This document shows, one piece after another, positions 49,391 through 59,177 of a DNA stretch of 64,000 bases (position 1 is its first letter; each line of letters starts with the position of its first letter). Position numbers and translations under genes: made by a program. The notes under the pieces are model-generated. The model ran no database searches, had not been told where the DNA came from, and saw only the letters and a list, made by a program, of their open reading frames with translations. The DNA is taken from contig JBFFUI010000005.1 of the NCBI GenBank assembly GCA_041571435.1, positions 26,214 through 90,213 on the forward strand, read 5' to 3'. Source of the stretch: Sulfurimonadaceae bacterium (lineage in GTDB: Bacteria > Campylobacterota > Campylobacteria > Campylobacterales > Sulfurimonadaceae).

Positions 49391-50641
49391 CTAATCGCCG
49401 TCACGAATGATCCCTGTTCCGCCCATGTTGGCACTGTGATAGATGATGCTGTGGTGTTTCTTGGCATAAAACCGCATCAGCAGCTTCTGAAGGGTGGGTT
49501 CGATAGATGGGTAGAACCAGCCGTTGTTGCTGATAGCGATCAGGTAGGGAGGATCCCCTTCATAGAGCTCTCCGCAGGTCGCCTCATAACAGATCGCGTT
49601 TCTGAACTTGATGCCCTTGACCGTCAAATCAGTCGGTTTTTCCGCCGTGACGAAGTCTGAGGCGCCGTCAAAAAAGGTGGTGTTGACCCAGGCACGCAAA
49701 AACTCCGGTAGAGGTATGTATTCGCCAAAAGGGACCAGCACCATCTTCTTGGCGATCCGGACCTCGCCGTTAAAGAAATGATAACTGACATTATAGTGAA
49801 GGCCGTTCTCGATATAGAGCGAACCGGTAATAATCTCAATATCACGGGAGTATTTTTTAAGCGTTCTGATCAGCTGGGCATCCCGGTTCAAAAAGAGAGG
49901 AAAGGCGGATTCCGGCAGGACGATCAGATCATAGTGTTCGGTAACAGCAGACGTAATGGCAGCAAGATTACGGGCAATGATACGCGGACGGTTTGCTTTT
50001 TTCCACTTCTCCTCCTGCAGGAGCATCGGTGAATAGAGCTTGATCTTTATGTCCGGCTCTACCGGCTGTGGCGAAGAGAAGTCTAAGGCTGGTAAAAGCA
50101 GAATGAAAGGGGCAAATTGAAACCGTTTCAGCTTCTCTTTTTTGGAGAAATAGAGATAGAGTGAAAGTGACGCTAAAATGAGGGCGTATTGCCACTTCTC
50201 GACGCCGAAAAACGAGTCGATAAAAGGGAGTTCGACCTGAAGCCAGTTCCAGTCCATCGGTTCGACGAAACTCAATCCGAAAAGCAGCGCAGCACGATAG
50301 AAAGGGTTTTTAGTGAAGGCCAGGACGCTGAAAAAAAGTGCGTAAAGCAGGATGAAGAAGAGGGTGATAAAAGGGGTCATCCACCCTACATTATAGTACT
50401 CGAAGCTGTAGCCTATCCAGTAAAACCAGAGCAGCCCGATAAACCCGCCGGCGGCTGCAAGGACACGAAGAGGTGCTCTAAGCAGAAAATAGAAGGCACC
50501 AAGTGCGGTAACCGTGTTGATCAGGGTGTTGGTATACCCGTACTGTTCCATATAGATAAAAGAGGAGAAAAGCAGTGCGATACCGAGACCCTTGAGAAAG
50601 TCAAGTGTTACCGAGCGAAAATCAATATTTGTCAGTTTCAT
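49391..50641 (-). CDS. lnt: Apolipoprotein N-acyltransferase
   Basis: TM N-terminus, LPESAFP, KMVLVPFGE, ICYE; ATG 50641 lies 6 nt after TATAAT. Confidence 0.92.
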   Translation of the reverse strand: MKLTNIDFRSVTLDFLKGLGIALLFSSFIYMEQYGYTNTLINTVTALGAFYFLLRAPLRVLAAAGGFIGLLWFYWIGYSFEYYNVGWMTPFITLFFILLYALFFSVLAFTKNPFYRAALLFGLSFVEPMDWNWLQVELPFIDSFFGVEKWQYALILASLSLYLYFSKKEKLKRFQFAPFILLLPALDFSSPQPVEPDIKIKLYSPMLLQEEKWKKANRPRIIARNLAAITSAVTEHYDLIVLPESAFPLFLNRDAQLIRTLKKYSRDIEIITGSLYIENGLHYNVSYHFFNGEVRIAKKMVLVPFGEYIPLPEFLRAWVNTTFFDGASDFVTAEKPTDLTVKGIKFRNAICYEATCGELYEGDPPYLIAISNNGWFYPSIEPTLQKLLMRFYAKKHHSIIYHSANMGGTGIIRDGD

Positions 50642-50731
50642 GGGCGTATTATACAAAGATTTATCCCTTCATCTATTTCAGAGGTCTGAAACAGTATAAT
50701 GCATCAATTTTTTACGCAAGGATCTATTCGT

Positions 50732-50998
50732 ATGGACATGTTAGGACAACTTTTACCGTTTGTATTTTTAATTGCGATTATGTACTTCATAATCATCCGC
50801 CCGCAGCAGCAGCAGGCCAAAGCCCACAAAGCAATGCTTGAGAGCCTAGGCAAAGGGGAGAAAGTCGTCACTAACGGCGGTCTTATCGTTGTTATCTATA
50901 AAGTTGAAGAGAACTTCTTCTCTGTGAAGATAAATGATGATGTGATCGTTAAGATCACTAAAGATGCGGTCGCACGAAAGTATGAGGATGAAGCTTAA
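50732..50998 (+). CDS. yajC: Preprotein translocase subunit YajC
   Basis: YFIIIRPQ, GEKVVTNGG; RBS AAGGA. Confidence 0.94.
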   Translation: MDMLGQLLPFVFLIAIMYFIIIRPQQQQAKAHKAMLESLGKGEKVVTNGGLIVVIYKVEENFFSVKINDDVIVKITKDAVARKYEDEA

Positions 50999-52565
50999 TT
51001 TTCGTCTGGTTATTCTTGTTCTCGCCATTATATTTGGTGTGTTCTTTTCAATGCCGTCTCTGCTCCAGACAGAGAAGGGTGCCAAGATCACGCTCGGTCT
51101 AGACCTTCAGGGGGGTCTGCACATGCTTCTCGGTGTCAAGACCGAAGAGGCTGTCGGCTCACGCATAAAGTCGATCGCAGCAAGTGTAAAACACTTTACA
51201 GACCACAATGACATCTTGCTGGACACACTTTCAGCGACTGATGAAGAGGTGAAGTTCGCGATACTCGATCCTGATGATGCACCGGCGATCGATGCGATGT
51301 TGAAAGAGATCGAGGGCGCTCAGATCAGCCACAGCGGTGAAGCGTATGCATTGACGCTGACGCCTGAATCGATTGAAAAGACCAAAAAAGAGGCGATTGC
51401 CCAGGCCATCGAGACCATTCGTAACCGTCTGGACCAGTTCGGCCTTGCGGAGCCGACTGTTGCGCGTCAGGGTGCTGAGAAGATCCTGGTGGAGCTCCCC
51501 GGTATCAAAACACAAGAGGATGAGCAGCGTGCGCGTGAACTGATCTCGCGTGCAGCGAAGCTTGAGCTGATCGCAGTCGATGAAGATCGAGCGATGCGTG
51601 TCTACAATATGACGGATGCTCAGGCGGCTCAGTACGGTGATATCATCCTGCCGGACAAAGAGAATCCTGAGGTCAAACACCTTCTTAAAGAGATCCCAAT
51701 CCTTGATGGCGGCATGTTGACCAATGCGACTGTCGCTTTCGATCAGAACAACCGTCCGGTCATCAACTTTGCACTCAACTCCGAAGGGGCACAGATCTTT
51801 GGTGACTTTACCGGCAAAAATGTCGGTAAACGGATGGCGATCGTTCTTGACGGACTTGTCTATTCGGCACCTGTTATCAACGAGCGCATCGGCGGCGGGC
51901 ACGTTCAGGTCAGCGGTAATTATACGGTCAACGAAGCAAACGACCTTGCGATCGCACTGCGTTCAGGCGCCCTGTTGGCACCGATCTATATGATGGAAAA
52001 ACGCTCTGTCGGACCGAGCCTTGGTGCAGAGAGCATCCGCAACTCGATGATCGCTCTGATCGGCGGTTTTGTATTGGTCTTTGCCTTTATGATGGTCTAC
52101 TACAAAGCGGCGGGCGTTATTGCCAACATCGCATTGATCGCCAACCTGTTTATTATTTTGGCGGTGATGGCACTTTTCGGCGCGACCTTGACTCTGCCGG
52201 GTATGGCGGGTATTGTTCTGACTGTCGGTATGGCGGTCGATGCCAATGTTATCATCTCCGAGCGTATACGTGAGCTCATCTATGAAGGTAAGTCGCTTCA
52301 CAAAGCGATCGAAGAGGGGTATGCCAATGCCATGCGTGCCATTCTCGATGCCAACATTACGACGCTTATTGCCGCGGTCGTGCTCTATGCTTACGGTACA
52401 GGCGCGATCAAAGGTTTTGCAATTACGATCAGTATCGGTATCCTGGCATCAATGCTGACGGCGATCCTGGGTACACACGGTATCTATACGATGCTTGAAG
52501 ACAAGATCTACAAAAGTAAAAACCCGGCCTTCTGGTTCGGTATCAGTAAGAAGAGGGTAGGCTAA
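50988..52565 (+). CDS. secD: Protein translocase subunit SecD
   Basis: LGLDLQGG, RLDQFGLAEP, GMAVDANV. Confidence 0.97.
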   Translation: MKLNFRLVILVLAIIFGVFFSMPSLLQTEKGAKITLGLDLQGGLHMLLGVKTEEAVGSRIKSIAASVKHFTDHNDILLDTLSATDEEVKFAILDPDDAPAIDAMLKEIEGAQISHSGEAYALTLTPESIEKTKKEAIAQAIETIRNRLDQFGLAEPTVARQGAEKILVELPGIKTQEDEQRARELISRAAKLELIAVDEDRAMRVYNMTDAQAAQYGDIILPDKENPEVKHLLKEIPILDGGMLTNATVAFDQNNRPVINFALNSEGAQIFGDFTGKNVGKRMAIVLDGLVYSAPVINERIGGGHVQVSGNYTVNEANDLAIALRSGALLAPIYMMEKRSVGPSLGAESIRNSMIALIGGFVLVFAFMMVYYKAAGVIANIALIANLFIILAVMALFGATLTLPGMAGIVLTVGMAVDANVIISERIRELIYEGKSLHKAIEEGYANAMRAILDANITTLIAAVVLYAYGTGAIKGFAITISIGILASMLTAILGTHGIYTMLEDKIYKSKNPAFWFGISKKRVG

Positions 52566-53536
52566 TGGAATTTTTCAAACAGACAAAGACCATCGCTTTT
52601 ATGGGCAAGTCAAAGCTGGCAATGGTCATCTCGATCGTGCTTGTTTTGAGCTCTTTCGTACTGCTTGCTACAAAAGGTCTGAACTTCGGTGTTGACTTTG
52701 CCGGCGGTACTATCGTTCAGGTTAAGTATGCTGAAGAGGCACCTATTGACGCGATGCGTACGCAGCTTTCAAGTAACGCGATGTTTAAAGGGGCTTCGAT
52801 CACGGAGTTCGGTTCACCTGATGAGGTGATCATCCGTCTTAAGACAAGTTCGAAAGATATCTCGAAAGATGTGGGTGATGTCACGCGCGAAGCACTTAAA
52901 GGTACCGGCGACTATGAGATCCGCCGTGTCGACATCGTCGGACCGAAGGTCGGTAATGAACTCCGTGAAAAAGGGGTTATGGCCCTTCTTCTGGCAATGC
53001 TCGGTATCCTTATCTATGTCGCGTTTCGTTTTGAGTGGCGTTTTGCGATTGCGTCTATTATCGCATTGGTACATGATGTCTCCATTGCGATGGGTGCACT
53101 TGCGCTGACGCAGATCGATGTCAACCTGGATGTCCTGGCGGCACTGTTGACTATCCTTGGATATTCACTTAATGACACGATCATTGTCTTTGACCGCATA
53201 CGTGAAGGAATTACCAACACTAAAAAGTCAGTACTTGGTGCCGTGATCGATGAGTCGGTGACCAAGACCCTGTCACGTACGACACTGACCTCATTGACCA
53301 CCTTCTTTGTGGTGTTGACCCTCTTTATGTTCGGTGGCGAGATCATTCACGCCTTTGCCTTTACACTGCTTGTCGGTGTAATCGTCGGTACCTACTCATC
53401 GATCTTTGTCGCATCACCGATTTTGATGTGGCTTGGCTTTGATATTAAAAACTATCATGGTAAACTTGCTGAGAAGGCAAAGCGCCAGGCAGAAAAAGAG
53501 AAGATGCGTGCTCAGTTCGAGCAAGGTACTTTGTAA
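52565..53536 (+). CDS. secF: Protein translocase subunit SecF
   Basis: GVDFAGG, GYSLNDTIIVFDRIRE, GTYSSIF. Confidence 0.97.
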   Translation: MEFFKQTKTIAFMGKSKLAMVISIVLVLSSFVLLATKGLNFGVDFAGGTIVQVKYAEEAPIDAMRTQLSSNAMFKGASITEFGSPDEVIIRLKTSSKDISKDVGDVTREALKGTGDYEIRRVDIVGPKVGNELREKGVMALLLAMLGILIYVAFRFEWRFAIASIIALVHDVSIAMGALALTQIDVNLDVLAALLTILGYSLNDTIIVFDRIREGITNTKKSVLGAVIDESVTKTLSRTTLTSLTTFFVVLTLFMFGGEIIHAFAFTLLVGVIVGTYSSIFVASPILMWLGFDIKNYHGKLAEKAKRQAEKEKMRAQFEQGTL

Positions 53537-53553
53537 ACGTTTAGGAGAAAGTA

Positions 53554-53892
53554 ATGGATTGGGGAAAAGTAGTATATGTTTTTTTTACGTTGATGTCACT
53601 GACGTCAACGGCAGGTTTCTTGTATGAACATACGGCGGTTGCACTTTTTGTTGCGGCGAGTCTGAACCTTGTCTCAACGATTTTGAAACTGGGTGTACGC
53701 AATCTGCTTTCGGCAGAACTGCTGGCCAGTTCGCTTGTGGCGGACCTGCACCTTATTCCTGCCTTTATCTATCTGGAGCTGATGGGGAATATGAAGTGGG
53801 CGATCGCACTGGCTATCGGTGCACTGCTTGCCAACATCTTCTCGATGGCACTCGTTTTGATCGAGAGTTCAAAAACACGAGACGAGTATTAA
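53554..53892 (+). CDS. Conserved membrane protein (DUF6394-like)
   Basis: MDWGKV...LVADLHLIPAF; between secF and leuS. Confidence 0.8.
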   Translation: MDWGKVVYVFFTLMSLTSTAGFLYEHTAVALFVAASLNLVSTILKLGVRNLLSAELLASSLVADLHLIPAFIYLELMGNMKWAIALAIGALLANIFSMALVLIESSKTRDEY

Positions 53893-53913
53893 TAAGCTGG
53901 CAGACGCCGGCTG

Positions 53914-54000
53914 ATTTTGGATTTTGAATTCTAAATTTCGAGTTAACTTTTTTCATGACCTCTTATCAATTTACCATTCAAAACTCAACATTATAATTTA
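53914..54000. repeat. Two degenerate heptamer arrays in inverted orientation
   Basis: ATTTTGG ATTTTGA ATTCTAA ATTTCGA, then TTATCAA TTTACCA TTCAAAA CTCAACA TTATAAT. Confidence 0.5.
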
Positions 54001-54019
54001 AAAAATACAAGGTTTTTTT

Positions 54020-56470
54020 ATGACGTACAACCCTTTAGAGATCGAAAAAAAATGGCAGTCTTTTTGGGACGAGAACCGCAGCTTTGAGCCGGAAGAGTCG
54101 TTTGAGAAAGAGAAAAAATACATTTTAAGTATGTTCCCGTTCCCAAGCGGAAGATTGCATATGGGGCACGTCCGCAACTACACAATCGGCGACTCGTTCG
54201 CACGTTATTACCGACAGCAGGGGATGAACGTTCTGCACCCTATCGGCTGGGACAGCTTCGGTATGCCGGCAGAAAACGCGGCGATAAAAAACGGCGCCCA
54301 TCCTAAGAAATGGACCTATGAGAACATCGACTACATGCGTAAAGAGCTCTCATCCCTGGGTCTCTCTTTTTCCAAAGAGAGAGAGTTCGCGACCTCTGAT
54401 CCGCTCTACACCAAGTTCGAACAGGCCTTTATAATCGATATGTTTGAAAAGGGGCTTCTCTACCGTAAAAAAGCGGCACTTAACTGGTGCCCGCACGATT
54501 TAACAGTTTTGGCGAACGAGCAGGTTGTCGACGGCTGCTGCTGGCGCTGTGACACCCCTATTGTCAAAAAAGAGATGAACCAGTATTACCTGAAAATCTC
54601 TGACTACTCGGATGAGCTGATCGATGATCTTAAACAGCTGGAGAAAGGGTGGCCCAAACAGGTTCTGACGATGCAGGAGAACTGGATCGGACGTTCTAAT
54701 GGTCTGGAATTTACGTTGCCTCTTGACGAACATGCAACGAATCTGCTGCGCGGCGAGTTTGACGGTTTTGACGTCTATACAACCCGCCCTGATACGATCT
54801 ACGGTGTGACCTATACGGCACTTGCACCGGAACATGCATTGGTCACGTACATGATCGAAAACAACATGCTGGACGTACGTGTGGCTGCCGAGATCGAGAT
54901 GATGAAGAATGCGAGCTCTATCGACCGCCAGAAGCACAAGCACGGGGTTGCGCTCGGTATCAATGTCATCCACCCGTTGACCAAAGAACCGATTCCGGTC
55001 TGGGTCGCTAACTTTGTTTTGATGGACTACGGTTCAGGCGCCGTTATGGCTGTACCGGCGCACGATGACCGCGACTTCGAGTTTGCGACCAAATACAGTC
55101 TTCCTATTGTCCCGGTCATCGCATCGGAACAGGATGGTATTGTTACAGACCGTGCGATGACAGATGCGGGTATGCTTTTTAATTCAGACAAGTTCAGTGA
55201 GATGAACTCCGTTGATGCCAGAGCGGCGATCATCGCGCATTTTGAAGAGGAGAAGCTCGGTAAGAAAGTGACGAACTACCGCCTGAAAGACTGGGGTATC
55301 AGCCGTCAGCGTTACTGGGGTGCGCCGATTCCGTTTGTCCACTGTCCTGAATGCGGTATTGTGACGGAGAAGAAAGAGAACCTACCGGTCACACTTCCGG
55401 ATGACGCAGAGATCACAGGTGAGGGTAACCCGCTTGAGCATCATGCCACCTGGAAATATTGCAGCTGTCCGAAGTGCGGCGGCGAAGCAGAGCGCGAGAC
55501 AGACACGATGGATACGTTCATCCAGTCTTCGTGGTATTTCCTCCGTTATACGGCAAGTCCAAAAATCCAGCAGGAACAGCCTTTCGACAAAGATGAATTG
55601 GCGTATTGGATGAATGTCGATCACTACATCGGCGGAATTGAACATGCTATCTTGCACCTGCTCTACAGCCGTTTCTTCACAAAAGTGATGCGCGACCTTG
55701 GTTACCTCGATTTTGCTGAGCCGTTCGACAGACTTTTGACACAGGGTATGGTCCTTAAAGACGGTGCCAAGATGAGCAAGTCAAAGGGCAACACGGTTGA
55801 TCCGGACGCCTTGATAGAGAAGTACGGTGCTGATACGGCCCGTCTCTTTATCCTCTTTGCTGCACCGCCGACCCAGGAGCTGGAGTGGAACGACAGTGCC
55901 GTTGAAGGGGCCTACCGCTTTTTGAAACGTTTTGCAGAGCGGAGTGTCAATGCGAAGGCAACGGCAACACTGCCGGAGATCAACCACAGTGCGCTCACTA
56001 AAGAGGAGAAGGCTGCACGTAAAAAAGTCTATGAAGCACTGCAACGCGCCAACGAGGTCTTTGAAGAGCGTTACACCTTCAACACGATGATCGCCGGTGT
56101 TATGGAAGCGATGAACGCGCTAAACGAGCAGAAAAACGAAGATGTATGGACCGAGGGGTACTGGATCCTCAGTGCTGTTTTGGAGCCGATCGTACCGCAT
56201 ATCGCATGGGAGATCTCTACAGACTTGTTCGGGCGCAACAATCTTGTACCGAATACAGTCAAAGAGGAAGTCTTTACAGTTGATTCTATCACACTGGGTG
56301 TCGCCGTGAACGGCAAGCGCCGTGCCGAGATCGAAGTCGGCGTCAGTGACAGTAATGATGCGATCATAGCGCAAGCGAAAGAGGCCCTCTCCAAATGGCT
56401 TGAGGGTAAAGAGATCGTAAAAGAGATCGTTGTCCCGAACAAGCTTGTCAACATCGTTGTCAAAGGGTAA
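54020..56470 (+). CDS. leuS: Leucine--tRNA ligase
   Basis: HMGH, KMSKS, editing domain TTRPDT. Confidence 0.98.
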   Translation: MTYNPLEIEKKWQSFWDENRSFEPEESFEKEKKYILSMFPFPSGRLHMGHVRNYTIGDSFARYYRQQGMNVLHPIGWDSFGMPAENAAIKNGAHPKKWTYENIDYMRKELSSLGLSFSKEREFATSDPLYTKFEQAFIIDMFEKGLLYRKKAALNWCPHDLTVLANEQVVDGCCWRCDTPIVKKEMNQYYLKISDYSDELIDDLKQLEKGWPKQVLTMQENWIGRSNGLEFTLPLDEHATNLLRGEFDGFDVYTTRPDTIYGVTYTALAPEHALVTYMIENNMLDVRVAAEIEMMKNASSIDRQKHKHGVALGINVIHPLTKEPIPVWVANFVLMDYGSGAVMAVPAHDDRDFEFATKYSLPIVPVIASEQDGIVTDRAMTDAGMLFNSDKFSEMNSVDARAAIIAHFEEEKLGKKVTNYRLKDWGISRQRYWGAPIPFVHCPECGIVTEKKENLPVTLPDDAEITGEGNPLEHHATWKYCSCPKCGGEAERETDTMDTFIQSSWYFLRYTASPKIQQEQPFDKDELAYWMNVDHYIGGIEHAILHLLYSRFFTKVMRDLGYLDFAEPFDRLLTQGMVLKDGAKMSKSKGNTVDPDALIEKYGADTARLFILFAAPPTQELEWNDSAVEGAYRFLKRFAERSVNAKATATLPEINHSALTKEEKAARKKVYEALQRANEVFEERYTFNTMIAGVMEAMNALNEQKNEDVWTEGYWILSAVLEPIVPHIAWEISTDLFGRNNLVPNTVKEEVFTVDSITLGVAVNGKRRAEIEVGVSDSNDAIIAQAKEALSKWLEGKEIVKEIVVPNKLVNIVVKG

Positions 56471-57019
56471 ATGATGAGTAGGGGCGTAATGGTGTCAGCT
56501 AAACCTTATAAACAACTCTTTCAGCTGATATTGTACGCCCTGCTGTTTGTGTCGTTGACGGGTTGCGGCTATCAGCCCAGCTCCAAAGAGGCCAAAAAAG
56601 TGTTGGGTGAGACCGTCTCCACGGAGATCGTTATCTCCATGATGGACCCGGAGAATACGGTAGTGCTTAAAGATGCCCTTGACGAAGCCGTCATCCGCCG
56701 TTTTCAGACCAACCTCCGCCATCGTAAGGATGCAAAGACACATCTAAAGATTGAACTACAAAGTGTCGGATTCAACGCGTTGCAGTATGACAGCAACGGT
56801 TATATTGTGACCTACCGCACTACGATCTACCTGGCGATCACCCGTATTAGTGAGAACTTTACAAAACGTTACCGTGCGGTCGGCAACTTTGATTTTTCGA
56901 TCGATCCCAATGCCGTCATCACCGACCAGCAGCGTTTTGAAGCGATCGCGAATAGTGCTACGAAAGCTCTGGACAGTTTTGTTGCCCAGGTTGCTGCTGA
57001 AGGTACCCGAGCAGAGTAA
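56471..57019 (+). CDS. lptE: LPS assembly lipoprotein LptE
   Basis: Lipobox LTGC-GY; position after leuS; exact start uncertain. Confidence 0.8.
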   Translation: MMSRGVMVSAKPYKQLFQLILYALLFVSLTGCGYQPSSKEAKKVLGETVSTEIVISMMDPENTVVLKDALDEAVIRRFQTNLRHRKDAKTHLKIELQSVGFNALQYDSNGYIVTYRTTIYLAITRISENFTKRYRAVGNFDFSIDPNAVITDQQRFEAIANSATKALDSFVAQVAAEGTRAE

Positions 57020-58173
57020 TGCTGTCACTGCAAACATTTCTGGAGGCCAAGCCGCTCTTTTATGATAAGATTGACCTTGAGAGAATGCCGCGTGTCTACT
57101 GTGCGCTTAAAGACGTTCTTCCCTCACCAAAAGTCATTCATGTTGTCGGTACCAACGGTAAAGGTACGACTGGACGGTTTTTGGCAAATGCCCTCTTGCA
57201 AAACGGTCTGAATGTCGGGCACTACACCTCGCCGCACATTGTAAAGTTTAATGAACGTATATGGCGCAACGGCGAAGCGGTTAGCGACAGTATATTGGAT
57301 GAGGCCCATCAACGACTCTCGAAACTGCTCACGCCGAAACAGTCTGAGAGTCTGAGCTATTTTGAATACACGACGCTACTGGCAATGCTTGTCTATGAAC
57401 ATTGTGACTACGTGGTGTTGGAGGCAGGTCTTGGCGGCGAGTTTGATGCGACCAATGTCTTTGACAAGGAACTCTCCCTTTTTACCCCCATTGACATGGA
57501 TCATCAGGCTTTTTTAGGCGACAGTATCGCATCTATTGCCGGGACAAAGTTCCGCTCGATGCAGCGTACGGCGATCCTGGGTCGACAGGTCCATCCCGAG
57601 GTCGATGCAATCTACCGGGAGATTGCGCAGATGAAAGACTGCCGGGCATTTACTATCGATGATCTACTCTCGACTGAAGAGCAGCAGCAGATACAGACTG
57701 TTGCGACGCTATCAGGTTTGGCCGCCTATCTGCAGGATAATCTTCTTCTGGCCTTGAGTGCACTGAAATATTTTGGATTTGAAGCCGATGTAGGGAAGCT
57801 GGCCTCATCTCCGCTTTTTGGCCGTCTAAGCAGGATTCAGGCAAACGTTCTGCTGGACGTCGGTCACAATGTGCTGGCAGCAGAAGCCATCGTCAAAGCA
57901 CTTGTAGGTCAGAGGTTTACCCTGGTCTACAACTCTTATCGTGATAAAGATTATGAACAGATCATTAAAACACTGCACCCTATCGTTGAAGCAGTGGAAC
58001 TGATAGCCGTTGATGACGTACGTATCGAACAGGAGAGCCATTTGCGAGAGGTGATCACGGCGCAAGGGCTGGATGTTGGTACATTCCGTGCGATAGAGGC
58101 AGATAAAAACTATCTTGTCTTCGGCTCGTTTAGTGTCGCAGAGGCTTTTTTGGCGTATTTGGCCGGAGCATAG
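57019..58173 (+). CDS. folC: Folylpolyglutamate/dihydrofolate synthase
   Basis: GTNGKGT, YTSPH, EAGLGGEFDATN, DVGHN. Confidence 0.95.
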   Translation: MLSLQTFLEAKPLFYDKIDLERMPRVYCALKDVLPSPKVIHVVGTNGKGTTGRFLANALLQNGLNVGHYTSPHIVKFNERIWRNGEAVSDSILDEAHQRLSKLLTPKQSESLSYFEYTTLLAMLVYEHCDYVVLEAGLGGEFDATNVFDKELSLFTPIDMDHQAFLGDSIASIAGTKFRSMQRTAILGRQVHPEVDAIYREIAQMKDCRAFTIDDLLSTEEQQQIQTVATLSGLAAYLQDNLLLALSALKYFGFEADVGKLASSPLFGRLSRIQANVLLDVGHNVLAAEAIVKALVGQRFTLVYNSYRDKDYEQIIKTLHPIVEAVELIAVDDVRIEQESHLREVITAQGLDVGTFRAIEADKNYLVFGSFSVAEAFLAYLAGA

Positions 58174-58184
58174 AGGAAGCCGGA

Positions 58185-59102
58185 GTGGATCACAAAATAA
58201 ACATCACCATTGAAGATGCCAAAGGGATCAAAGAGTTTACCTTTCATAAACGCGTCAAGCACGTTGCCCTCTACAGTGCCGCCACCGTTGTCGTTTTGCT
58301 CATTTTAAGTGTAGCCGTCGTCTTTCAGTTGACCAGAGAACTGGGCAGCATCGAGACTAAAAAAAGTATGTTGGAGGCGCAGAACACGCTTTTGGAAGAG
58401 ACCATCAAAAGCAAAGAGCATGAACTGACACAGCTTGAAGGGCGTCTTGATGCGATCGAAGCGCTGATCGGCATGGATATCCATGATGATATGCCGCTGC
58501 GTGAACGTGTCGATGTGGCGCAGCTGACCACAAAGGTGCGTTCAATGATCTTTAATATCATTCCCAACGGTTCGCCTGTTGAGTACCTCGGTATTACAAG
58601 CGGTTTCGGTTATCGAAGCGACCCGATAACCGGACGCAGAGAGTACCACAAGGGCAGCGATATGAAAGCGAACGTTTTTGCCGAGGTCTACGCGACGGCC
58701 GACGGGGTGGTCGAGTATGCCGGGTATCACCCTAAAAGCGGTTTCGGACGGCTTATAATCATCAACAATGCTTACGGCTTCAGGACCTCATTCGCGCACC
58801 TTGGCAAGATCGATGTGAAAACCGGTCAGGTGGTGCATAAGGGGGACCTTATCGGTCTTACCGGCAACAGCGGTCGAAGCGACGGTCCGCATCTGCATTA
58901 CGAGGTCCATTATATGCAAAGAGTACTCGACCCCTATTGGTTCATAACATGGACCATGAACAATTATGCAGAGATTTTCGAGAAAGAGAAGCATGTCCCC
59001 TGGAAAGATCTGCTGGGGCTGATAGCGAACTGGACAGGCGAAGAACATCCGGCTGAACGTGCGCAGGGCAACAGCAAGATTGAGAAGAAGAGCGGGCTTT
59101 AG
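58185..59102 (+). CDS. M23 peptidase, Csd1-like
   Basis: N-terminal TM, coiled coil, HKGSD and GPHLHYE; follows folC. Confidence 0.9.
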   Translation: MDHKINITIEDAKGIKEFTFHKRVKHVALYSAATVVVLLILSVAVVFQLTRELGSIETKKSMLEAQNTLLEETIKSKEHELTQLEGRLDAIEALIGMDIHDDMPLRERVDVAQLTTKVRSMIFNIIPNGSPVEYLGITSGFGYRSDPITGRREYHKGSDMKANVFAEVYATADGVVEYAGYHPKSGFGRLIIINNAYGFRTSFAHLGKIDVKTGQVVHKGDLIGLTGNSGRSDGPHLHYEVHYMQRVLDPYWFITWTMNNYAEIFEKEKHVPWKDLLGLIANWTGEEHPAERAQGNSKIEKKSGL

Positions 59103-59177
59103 CCTTGAAAACGTCTCTCTCCTTAAAGCTTTGGTACAATGTCATCATTAGTTTAAGTTACCCTTTAAAGAAGAATA

